Origin: Tubiluchus corallicola
Taxonomy: Eukaryota > Animalia > Priapulida
Reading direction: 5' to 3'
DNA length: 64,000 nucleotides
Assembly (NCBI GenBank): GCA_030141605.1
Contig: JAQGDQ010000506.1
Span: 1 to 64,000, forward strand
Shown: one piece after another, positions 38,954-50,626 of the stretch
How positions within the stretch are numbered: the first letter of the stretch is position 1
How the letters are laid out: the number at the start of each line of letters is the position of its first letter
Position numbers and translations under genes: made by a program
The notes under the pieces: generated by a model
What the model saw: only the letters and a program-made list of their open reading frames with translations
The model's database searches: none
What the model was told of the DNA's origin: nothing

Positions 38954-39760
38954 ATGGAAGCGATGTTGGAAAATCGTGTGTCAGCGGATCACCTACGTCA
39001 AGGGAGCAGAGATGTACGATTTCGTCAAAAAACATCTCCCCAAAAATCGCGTGGTCATACGCGTAGAGGATCTGGAAAGCGACCACCCGCCGCCCGCCAT
39101 ACGTTGGCAGAGCAACGGACGAGGCAGAGCGGTTCGGGCGTCCGAAACGATTGCCAACTATGTTCTAACGTGTCAGTCCAAACGGTCAACATCGTCGCCA
39201 CGGCTTCGTTCTCGCAGCGCTTCGATCTGAACGAACTCCGGCGGAGAACGGGCGGAAGACGCTACGAAAGAAAACCGCAAATGCTTCTGCTAAAGCGACT
39301 GGGCGGGACGCTGATGATTTTTGCCTCCGGCTCCGTGGTGGCCAACGGTTTTTCGGAGGAAAAAGTACTACGCAATGCGATCGAAGAACTCTCGAAAGGT
39401 CTCGGACTGACGCCCGCCGACGGGATCGCAATTCGCACCATCACCGCCAGAGCCAAAATTCGCTGCAGATTGAAACTGGGTGCACTGTACGAAGAACTCG
39501 TTCGTCCTTCGACGCATTCTTTTAGAGAAGTGTTTTACGAAGTGGAACTATTTCCCAAACTAACTTGCAAATGCGAGCAAATTACTCTGAACATTTTTCA
39601 CACCGGAAGCATAATAATGATGGGCGGGACAAAGGTCGAGGATTTCTCTCGCGTTTTCCGCAAATTTAACGAATTCGTTTTTAACAACAATAACGTTTGT
39701 CTGTATCACATCGACGACGACGACGACAATCCATGTACTCGCTCGTCGTCATTAGTGTAG
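38954..39760 (+). CDS. Divergent TBP-fold protein, right-arm copy (open frame; core begins near GTG 39170)
   Basis: In-frame ATG at 38954; core VNIVATASFSQRFDLNEL..TLMIFASGSVVANG..YEVELFPKL..TLNIFHTGSIIMMG; intronless; AATAAA at 39905. Confidence 0.8.
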   Translation: MEAMLENRVSADHLRQGSRDVRFRQKTSPQKSRGHTRRGSGKRPPAARHTLAEQRTRQSGSGVRNDCQLCSNVSVQTVNIVATASFSQRFDLNELRRRTGGRRYERKPQMLLLKRLGGTLMIFASGSVVANGFSEEKVLRNAIEELSKGLGLTPADGIAIRTITARAKIRCRLKLGALYEELVRPSTHSFREVFYEVELFPKLTCKCEQITLNIFHTGSIIMMGGTKVEDFSRVFRKFNEFVFNNNNVCLYHIDDDDDNPCTRSSSLV

Positions 39761-39962
39761 TTTTACTGTAATTTGCATAATTTGTGTAATTTGCGAAAAA
39801 AACGTAAAATGTAGAACTATCATGTCACCATAATAATAATAATCTAGTTTTAGCACGTATGTATTTTGCATAAAAAATGTAAAAAAAATTTTTTGTAATC
39901 CATCAATAAAAAAGATTTGTGAAAATGCATTTATCGAACTTTGGCGTTTGAAATAAATCTCC

Positions 39963-40006
<44 letters not shown>

Positions 40007-41960
40007 CTAAACCCGCGAGAGAAGTGGTCGCGGAAAAGGGAGGGCACCCGAGAGAGAGAAGTGGTCGCGGAAAAGGGCCGGCACTGCGCGAGTGGGGGGG
40101 GGAAGATTTCCCTCATTGCCTGCAATGGACGATTCCACGCGACGGAGGGGTGGGTTGCAGGGGGGGTCCCCGACCCCCGGGACGGACGTTTGCATGCGGC
40201 GGAGGGGTGGCAGGGGCTCCCCAATTAGCGCCAATTAGCACTAATTAGTCCTCGGCGGGAACTCCACTTCTCCCTTTTTCTTCGTTTGAGGCGCTTTTTA
40301 CCACGTTTCACACACTTTCACACACTTTCGTGCACTTTCACACACTTTCACGTGCTTTCACACACTTTCACATGCTTTCGCGCGGTTTTGCGCGGTTTAA
40401 AATGGGGTGTCAAAAAAGAAGCCATCCAGGGGTCAATGAACTTTGGTCACGTGACCTAGAGTTCAAGGTCATTCGATCCAAATGAAGCCATGCGGGTGGG
40501 AAAAACTGCAAAATTTTTACCTCGTTTCACACGCCTTTTCTTCGTTTTTCTTTGTTTTTCGCGCTTTTTCGTCGATTTCGGTCACGTGCGCACTTTCACA
40601 CGGGTTTTCACACTTTTTTAGGGGTTTTCGCGGATTTTCGCACTTTTTTAGGGGTGTTTTTCCCCACCCCCCCGGGCAGCCAAAGGGGGGGGGGGTGGGG
40701 AAATCGGCCAGAGGCAAAACATCTATACTACTTGGGTGAAATGCAGAAGCTTGTTATGGCTTGCTATTTTGAGACATAGACACATATATAAATAATACTT
40801 ACAAATTATATTTTTGAGAAAACAGTCATTTTCTACTGTTCTAAGTCTTTAGTACTGTGACGCATATCTAAAGTTGTCTTAGTTTCACCAGCTTTGAAAA
40901 CTGATCAAACTAAAAAAAGCCTCTTATTTGTTAAACTTAGCAGAGCAATTTTTCTGGTAAAAATGTTTTCTTGGAAAAATTTTTCCTGTTAAACGATTGT
41001 CAACCGAAGCTGTCCAAATGTTCTTGTGTGCCGCATTCATTGTGTCCAAATGTCCATTGCATTAAAATGTCCTTCTGTCCAAATGTCCTAAGTGTCAAAA
41101 TGTCCCATGTGTCCAAATATCCAAATGCTCTTGTGTCGAAATGTATTATGTTTAAATTTTAAACATGTCTAAATCGCCTTGTGTCCACATGACTTATGTG
41201 ACCAAATGTCTTGTGTCGAAAAGACACAGGTGTCGAAATAGCCTTGTGTCCAACGTCCCTTGTCTCCAAGTGACCTATGTGTCCCAATGTATTGGGGCGA
41301 ATTGTCCTGTGACGAAATATCTGGTTTGAAATGCTTAAATATATACAGTTCGGTATGGTGTTACCGACGATAGTTAGCTGTTTAGTGGTGCTTCATAAGT
41401 TACAAGACCTTTGCTATCTTTACATTCTGCATATATCTTGTACTGTGCAAGATGTTAAATACAGAATCAAAGCCATTTCAGTCACCTCCACATTCGGTAT
41501 GTTGAGGGTCAAGCTGAGATGCGCCCCAATTCTAGTACAAAAATGATATTTTGTCAAACAAAAGCTTGGCTGTAATGTCTAAGAAGATCCTTCATCACTG
41601 GAAAATTTAGAAAAAAATGTAAATCATACAAGCTAGACGGAGACAAACAACAAAAACAAAACAAAAAAGTAACTTAAAACTCACGTTGAACTTACATTTG
41701 ACTCTTTTTTGTTGGACTCGTTTTTTGTATTTTCTTGCCAATGTGATGCTACTAAACATAGCTTTTGGCAAGCAACTTAATTTAAATCCTGGTAGCCATT
41801 ATATAAGCTACATCAGTTCTTATATCAAAGCTGTTTGTGCTAAATATTTTTCGTTTCCACCATGTCAACTATTTACTTCATTCGCTTCTTTCAGTTTGCT
41901 TCTCAACCTTTGAGGTTCGTTAAGTCGCTATTCTAGCTCAAAGAAATACATTCTGTTTAG

Positions 41961-44479
41961 GCTTCACAGGTGATTAGCCATCCTGATTATAGATCAGGCA
42001 CATCGGAGTATGACATTGCTCTCTTAAGACTTGAGTATCCCGTTGATTTGAAAGACTCTAGAGTTGATACAGTAAAGTTACCCACTGGAGATTATCTTTA
42101 TGAGTGGCAAGATGCTCGTGTAACGGGATTTGGAAAAATGCAAAGTAAGTAGAAATAATATAGTAAAATATAAGCACATTTCTAAAAACAATTACGAAGT
42201 GGTAATTAATAAGTCTTAGCATGAGATCTTCTTAAATCTGTAATATCGAAACAATTTTATTTGTAATTTGTAATTTATTATCACTTCAGCATGTATTTTA
42301 CATTACAATTTGCATTATTATCTTTAGCTATTATGCCCTATAACTAGAAAATGAAATATAGTTACAATAATTGTAACAGAACTACATTCGTAAACTATAG
42401 CATAATAATATAATATAATATACTATAATATAGTGTAATGTGATGTGATGTGATGTGATGTGATGTGATGTGATGTGATGTGATGTGATGTAATGTAATG
42501 TAATGTAATGTAATGTAATGTAATGTAATGTAATGTAATGTAATGTAATATAATATAATATAACATAATATAATATAATATAATATAATATAATATAATA
42601 TAATATAATATAATATAATATAATATAATATAATATAATATAATATAATATAATATAATATAATATAATATAATATAATATAATATAATATAATATAATA
42701 TAATATAATATAATAACAACGAAAGACCAACGAAAGATTGGATAGCTACCATTTAGGTTAGTATTAATCTAGTATTAATTTATGTACTGTGTACAGTACT
42801 TATACTGTTAGTCATAAAGCTATTGATAATACAAAGCAAGAGAAGGATAAGAGTAGGCAATTAAATAGCGAAAAATACGTCCGGGCTCAATAGATTGTAG
42901 TCATAATATACTAACTTAATTAATGACGTCAAAATTAATTTTACCCCATTACAACCACAATAGAATTTGCCAAAACCTTGCAGTATGTTGAAGGATATAC
43001 TGTCAGTGCTCAGTTTTTTGATGTTATTCTGGCCTTTTGATAACGTAATAAAAGGTCCGCTAACCGAACGCTTTTATTTTATTTTTTTAAGGTGGGAATG
43101 TAGCAGATGTTCTTCAGACAGTTGTTGTGAAAGTAGTGCCCAATGGTGAGCATTCAATGTGGATCTTAGCTGGAAACTTGGTAGACAAGACAGGATCATG
43201 CTCTGTTAGTAAACATTCTTTATATCATTGTCATTTATTCAGAAAGTTTTTTTTCCATTAAATCAAAATCATTTTTGCTGTCTCAGCTTCATAAATAAGT
43301 TGCACTGTCCCAGCCAGCACACAATATTGTCATCATATGATCACGACCTCGAAAAAATATGTTCCGAAAATATTTTTACCATGTTAATACAGAATTGCAT
43401 ATTTTTGTTGTCGTCCCATATTAGTAGAACATTGGGTCCCGTAACGGGCGTTTAACCATACCCAACTCGCGATTTTTTCGAAATTTCACCAAACAGCTAG
43501 TGGCGCCTAATGGGACTCTCGAAAAGAGATATATAGCTCTTTAGATAGACGAAGAACAGGGCTACACGATGATATGGTCTATATGTTAGTGCAGGTCCAC
43601 CAAAAGGAGTAGCGACGAGTTAATTAGATGTTCTATTTTTGGCAATTTTCGCTTGGAAAACTGCTGACGCAAAGCCATTGTTTTGACGTCATCCATTATA
43701 CTCTGCTTATAACTTTAATTCAGTAAAAGCTGCTGCTGGCTTTGCGTTGTAAATGAGGACTATGTAGGATGTTCGCGCATTTTTGATTATAAGTTTATTT
43801 ATAAGCAAATTTTTTTGCGGGGTCTTTGCTAGTAGAATATAATTTCAGAAAATATTGCTACAACATTGGTACAATATTGTCATGCCCCCTGAGTTAACCC
43901 TAATTACTGAATAATTGTATTGTTTTGTGTAGATTTTGGTATCCAACTTTATAATTTTTTGTTTTGTTTTCATTTCTTTTCGGTTAATTTGTATCATTTA
44001 TACTGTTTTTATTTGTATTTTTCTCATTTCTTTTTGTTTTTGTTATGTGCAGCATCACCGTCAATTTTTAATATGACTAATCTATTTATAAGAAAGGGCA
44101 GGAGACTAGATGACCCTATGGTCCTTCCCAGCCCTGCTCCATGATTATAATTATTTAATATTTAAAAAAACTTTTGATGTTAAACTAATTGGAGAAAGTA
44201 AATGTTCTATGTCTATGTCTATGTCTATAAGTGTAATCGGCTGTTATAATTGGTATCATATTTTTACAATCATGTAACAAAACGTTTTTTCTTTCAGGGT
44301 GATTCAGGTGGCCCATTGGTTGCAGAAGCAACAGGAGAACTCATAGGGATAGCTTCCTGGGTAACGAGCTGTTATGAGGGATCTGACCCAGGCGGGTACA
44401 CTCGTGTGACGTTCTTCCTGGATTGGATCTTAGATATTATGTATAAATATGGGATAATATGGGGTGAAATAGATAATAA
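41961..44479 (+). CDS. S1-family serine protease domain 1 (His57 exon not found)
   Basis: Exons 41961-42144 (HPDY..YDIALLRL..VTGFG), 43092-43204 (LQTVVVKVV..KTGSCS) and 44298-44479 (GDSGGPLV..GIASW..PGGYTRV..WI); unspliced stop at 44522. Confidence 0.8.
42400..42714. repeat. Pentanucleotide microsatellite (GTGAT/GTAAT/ATAAT)n
   Basis: Seen directly. Confidence 0.95.
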
Positions 44480-44811
44480 GTATGAATTTGGGATGGTATT
44501 TGGTAATATGGTCAACAGATAATTACTGGGAAAGGAAAGTAACTTTTCTCAGCAAGCAAGGAACGCCCGACACTGAAGTAGAAATCTTTGGAAAAAAATC
44601 ACAAAAATCAGCAATTATTATTTATGCTTGTCGGGAAATTTTTGAATTCGGTGTAGCTCCTTATATGCAAGAATTGCTTTGTTTGTATTGTTTGAGATTT
44701 AATCAGGCAATGATACCGAAAAGCATTAATAGATCTATGTTAAAATAGCACAGTAAAACTGATACTGAACTAATTTATTAATCTTAGTCAAATAAGCGTT
44801 TATAATTTTAA

Positions 44812-45297
44812 TATGTAATAGCAAGCTTGCTTATGTCTTGGTTTATTATGTAAAAACAAGCTTGCTTATGTCTTGGTTTATTATGTAATAACAAGCTTGC
44901 TTATGTATTGGTTTATTATGTAATAACAAGCTTGCTTATCTCTTGGTTTATTATGTAATAACAAGCTTGCTTATGTATTGGTTTATTATGTAATAACAAG
45001 CTTGCTTATGTATTGGTTTATTATGTAATAACAAGCTTGCTTATCTCTTGGTTTATTATGTAATAACAAGCTTGCTTATGTATTGGTTTATTATGTAATA
45101 ACAAGCTTGCTTATGTATTGGTTTATTATGTAATAACAAGCTTGCTTATCTCTTGGTTTATTATGTAATAACAAGCTTGCTTATGTATTGGTTTATTATG
45201 TAATAACAAGCTTGCTTATGTATTGGTTTATTGTGTAATAGCAGACTTGCTTACGTCTTGGTTTATTATGTAATAGCAAGCTTGCTTATGTCTTGGT
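44812..45297. repeat. 35-bp minisatellite, ~13-14 copies
   Basis: Unit aagcttgcttatgtattggtttattatgtaataac. Confidence 0.95.
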
Positions 45298-48200
45298 GAG
45301 CAGCTCAAGATATTTGTCAGCATTGCGGTGTCTTCGTTTCAGCTCTAGGGTGATCTATGGACTGACTGAAAAATAAATTCTCACTAATTAATAAGTTATT
45401 GTGTTGCGTGTCAGTTATTTTAAGCTTCATACACGTATGTATTGGTGAAAGGTAGAAGTGCTTGATGGAAAATAAATAAAGCAACGAGCAATCTGCTATA
45501 TAATAATGTTGTTGTACTTTGATGTATAAGTAAACATTACAAAAAGTGACTGAAATACAGGTTTTTGAAATACAGGTTTCTTGCCACGAACATCATCAAC
45601 ACCACCAATACCAACACCACCAAAACCACCACCACCAACACCACCACCACCACCACCGCCACCACCACCACCACCACCACCACCATACTTAAGAGCAGCC
45701 GGAGGTCCGGAAAAATCGTTGGAGGAAATAATGTACGGCCAGGAGAGATTCCTTATCAGGTATTACAATTATTTGAATTCGTGAGTGTAATGAAAACAGA
45801 GTTACGTATAATTGTATCAGATCAATGGCTCTGCTTGGCTTGTTCCATCTAGATTGGAATTCAGACGAGATCTGGTATTTTGTGTCCTGAAAGCACACCA
45901 GGTTCAAATCTTAATTTCGTCCGCCATTAGCAGGGTTTTTCATTTACAACATAGGTCTGCTGTAAGGTTCTTACACATAGCTAAACTAGATCTTGCTGTA
46001 GTATAGTCTGTGGGAAGGGCTTCCTACCTATCACCCCTCCTTTCATAATATACTATAACCTATCCATACATAACATGATCTTGGAAAGTACATGACACAA
46101 ATATCCAGGAGAGTACAGTGTAACTGCTGAATCTGAAAGCAGCCAAAAATGCTTTAACTTTTAACTTTAACTTTACTTTACGAAAATGGTTAGAATCCTA
46201 ATCTTGGTTGTAAGAGTCTCTGATAATGACCTGTTCTAATTTATCTAAACAGAGTAAAAAGTGAATAAAAATAGAAAACATAATCATAATCTTTTCCTCC
46301 ATTTCATATAAGATTTTGTTGTTGGAATGTTCGAAATATATGTATGTCATGGTCAACATGGAAAACCATAATGCCTAAATAAACCCCCGTAAAACGTAAC
46401 ATCAAGCCTTAGACACGCTGGTTTTTCAAGTGAGCCCTTCGACACCTCTCTAAAGACATATTAATTATACCTGTGTCGTTGAATTTTTGGTTCATATGCC
46501 TTGCTGCCCTCTGGAAAATTGTAGGACAACAACCGCCCACGTATGTTGCACAACCCTTTTATTGTGAATAAAATATGAGGCTACAGGTTAGTCAGATTTG
46601 TGGATGAGTTGGGAGGTAAAGAGTTGCACCCCCACCGTACAAATCTACTAGCTCCCAACACCTGCATTCTACTGGGTTTGAAATTAAGTCTTTCATTATC
46701 AACATGAATTTCTTCACTCGGTCGTCAGTTTATGCCATTAAGTTCATTCACTAAATCTGAACCTCTGCGTATGAGCTTGAGTGCTTAAACATGGAGCAAC
46801 TTCAAGCATGATTAAATGATATTCACAGATGTTCAAACACTGAACGTTTTGCCAACAGGTGGCGCTTGTCGTCCACGATAGTTTCCGATGTGGAGGATCT
46901 TTGATTAGCAAAGAGTGGGTAATGACAGCTGCACATTGCATGCCAAGTTATTTCAGTCGGTGAGTATTTGGGCGGCTTTTCAAGAAGGTTTTCCTAATTA
47001 GACTTTCAAAATTCAATTATATGCTAATTCGGAATGTGAAGCAACGATGGCTATTCTCTTGCAGCACACATGCGCATTTACGTTTTGCTTGCACGTGCTT
47101 GTAAACGTGCAAACCTTAATAACATGCTACGTTTCACGTGACGTGATCCTTCCGTGTCATTCTAAATAAGTGCCTTATTGTGTACAGTCTAGAAAATAGT
47201 TAATATAGTAATTAAAATACTGTATTTATTTCACTTTGATTCTACTGAAGTATCGTGACGTGCATCTGTAATTACAAACATGAAACAGACGCTATTTTAA
47301 TTGAAAATGCAGAAGGCCCCGCAAAAAAATTTGTGTATAAAATACACATATAATCAAAAATACGCAAGCATCCTACATAGTCCTCATTTATATAGCAAAG
47401 TCAGTAGCAGCAGCTTTTACTGAATTAAAGCTATAAGTTTATAAACAGAGTATAATGGATGACGTCACAACAATGGCTTTGCCTCAGCAGTTTTCCAAGC
47501 GAAAATTGCCGAAAATAGAACATGTAATTAACTCGTCGATACTCCTTTCGGTGGACGTGTCCTAAAATATAGCCTACACCATCTTGTAGCCCTGTTCTTG
47601 CTCTTTCTAAAGAGCCCCATATCTCTTTCCGAAAGTCCCACCAGGCGCCGCTAGAACGTTTTTCTGCATGCTGTTTGGTCAAAATTTCGAAAAAATCGCG
47701 ACGTGGGTCCGGGAAAACGCCCGTTACTGGACGTGTGGCCCTCTCGGGAATTCTAAATATGCCTATGACACCCACCGCTGAACGGGCTATTCATCCATGA
47801 CCAGCACCACCCATGGCCCGTTCCCGTTCTTCAGATCTCAGGCGTATATACGATGCAGAAGACTGCAGCATTTCAATTAAAATCTTGCCTACATTCTTGT
47901 TTACAATTTACAGATGCATCTGACAACGTCACGATTAATTTAGTTATATTTTCTATTTATTTAAGTATAACTATTTTATGAACTAGTTAAGCTGGAGGTA
48001 GATTTGAATACGAAAGTACAAAAAAGAAAGCAAATTGAAGTTATAAAAATAAATCTAACCGAATTTGACTTTTTGTCACAGAGATTATATGAAAATCTAT
48101 CTTGGAGATACTAAATTGATGCGATACAGAAAAGAGAGAAAAGTAAGTAACTCTTTGCTTTGTTATTCTCTCAATAACGATAATGACGGTAGTGATCATG

Positions 48201-48391
48201 CTGATGATGGCTACAATCCTGATGGTAACTAAGTCTCTAATCAGTTGATAATGGATTCGATGATGATGACAATGATGACGAATGTGGTGATAATTTTGAG
48301 GATTGAACATATTTGGAATTCATAGGATGGTGAAGGCACGACAATTAACACATTCAGTTCTTAAGTAGAGCAGAATTATATTTATCACAAC

Positions 48392-48401
48392 TTTCTCTCT
48401 T

Positions 48402-48458
<57 letters not shown>

Positions 48459-48585
48459 GTCACACTCTCTCTCTCTGTCTCTCTCTGTCTCTCTCTCTCT
48501 CTTTCTCTCTCTCTCTTTCTCTCTCTCTCTCCCTTTTTCTCTCTCTCTCGCTCTCTTGCTTTCTCTCTCGCTCTTTCTTTCTCTC

Positions 48586-48616
<31 letters not shown>

Positions 48617-48780
48617 TTCTCCCTTTTTCTCTCTCTCTCTCGCTCTCTTGCTCTCTCTCTCTCGCTCTTTCTTTCTCTCTCTCTCTCTCTTACTCTCTTT
48701 CTCTCTCTTCCTCTCTCTCTCTCTCCTCTCCTCTTCTCTCTCTCTCTCTCGCTCTCTTGCTCTCTCTCTCGCTCTTTCTT

Positions 48781-48812
<32 letters not shown>

Positions 48813-49000
48813 TCTTTCTCTCTCTCTCCCTTTTTCTCTCTCTCTCTCGCTCTCTTGCTCTCTCTCTCTCTCGCTCTTTCTTTCTCTCTCTCTCTCTCTT
48901 ACTCTCTTTCTCTCTCTTCCTCTCTCTCTCTCTCTCTCCTCTCCTCTTCTCTCTCTCTCTCTCTGTCTCTCTCTGTCTCTCTTTCTCTCGCTCTCGCTCT
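48392..49000. repeat. Long CT-rich polypyrimidine microsatellite with higher-order repeats
   Basis: Seen directly. Confidence 0.95.
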
Positions 49001-50279
49001 CGACGCAAAGCCTTCAGCAGCTTTACTGAATTAAAGTTATTTTTTGCAACCTCTTTACAGGTGGTTGAATAAGCAATACATCCAAACTACAACATCAGTG
49101 GGCACGAGGAAAACGATATAGCTTTATTAAAACTGAATTTCCCAGTGACTTATGATGGTAACATTCAACCGGTCACATTACCGGATCTTGATGAAACGAA
49201 TACGTATGAGGGAGATACCGCTCTAGTCTCAGGTTGGGGATTGTTAAGTTATGGTTGTTACATATTTTGTCAGATTTTTTATCTCTAGCAAGTCTTTTAA
49301 ACATATCTGAACAAAATTTTAAAAAACGGTTCTGATAATAACTAAAAGAAACATAATTGAAAATAAGCATCGAAGTGTAATGATTAAAACAGGGTGAAAT
49401 GGGTTTGCGTGTTGAAGGTAAGAGATTACTGTTTGGTGTAGAGATATTGAGTTGTGGTGTGGTGGTTGGGGTGTTGTGTGTTGCAGTGTGTTTGTGGTGT
49501 GATGTAAGAGTAGTGGGTTGTGTTCTGGTGTTGTGTGGCATTGTGTGATGTGTTCTGGTGTGGTGTGGCATGGTATTTTGTGTTCTGATGTGGTGTGGCA
49601 TGGTGTATTGTGTTCTGATGTGGTGTGGCATGGTGTGTTGTGTTCTGATTTTGTGTAGCATGGTGTGATGTGTTCTGGTGTAGTTTGTTTGCGTCTTACA
49701 GAGTGCAAGATATCTTAACAAATTTTTGCAAAGTTTTTGACGTAATTCTGTTTTGCTTGGGAAGTCCTTTGGTCAATTCAACGTTTTTTGTTACTCATCT
49801 GCGAACAATGTATTTTTAAAAAGTGCAGATTTTGTGTAATTTTGACGGACAGTCCGTAGTACTCTTAAGATAAAAAAAAACTTGAAAATTTTGCACTGAT
49901 TTTATTAAATTTCTTGGCTTTCTTCTTATTGAGATCGGATTCCAAAGTTACATTTCCCCAAAGACGGTTTTTTGGTTTTGCTTGTAGAGCCTCTGAACAT
50001 AGCAGGCTACACCAGCATCCTGGCAACGGGTTCCTTCTATAATGCTTCGTTTATGTGAATTTGTAAATGCTGAAGCTGACGCTGCCATAACAGACGCATT
50101 TTTCACGCTGGCGTCAGCAAATAAACAAAATGCACCAAATTAAGTCACCGACTTTCTTTTGAAATGACACCTTCGCACCCAAATTGCACTTATATAAAGA
50201 AGTTAACCAAGAAAAAGCTAAGTTAGAGCTCTTTTTGTAAAAGTGAAATTTCATACTGTACTCTGTATTTCACCTTTAA

Positions 50280-50626
50280 CCCTTTCAGTTCCAAATTATT
50301 TTTTTAATAAGAAAAAAATTTTCTGCTTGGTACTTTTGTTCAATATGTCCGTCTTGTTTAAACATAATAATTTTTTTTGTAACTGTGTCCGTGTGCTAAA
50401 TATAGCCCGTATCCCTGTAGCCTGTATACATTGGGATTAAATGGTTGCTAAACATGATAAAATGCAAATGCTGTAGATTTGGAAATCTGAAGTTTATTCA
50501 ATACATTTAATAAAGTCCTGGAATTTTAACTATTAACAGATCAAATAACGGTCAGTTTTAACATTTTATTAATTTAAAGGCAGAAAATATTCTTGTGTCC
50601 CACGGGATACAATGGGTATGAAAGGG
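50280..50626. mobile_element. Possible piggyBac-type MITE
   Basis: TTAA|CCCTTTCA ... TGAAAGGG|TTGA (imperfect TTAA TSD). Confidence 0.4.

Larger units (their letters stand above)
37378..40732. mobile_element. Internally deleted, palindromic Maverick/Polinton-like element (left terminus lost)
   Basis: GC-rich island; inverted arms 37378-38747 and 38986-~40350; right end ...ATCTATACTACT (reverse complement AGTAGTATAGAT) matches the Maverick (AGT)2 terminus; 10-bp GTGAAAGTGT subterminal repeats; compact intronless overlapping ORFs. Confidence 0.7.

Noticed and set aside
38948-39760. Calling the TBP ORF the host TBP gene
   Set aside because: Far too divergent from highly conserved eukaryotic TBP, intronless, duplicated in a palindrome and embedded in a mobile-element context
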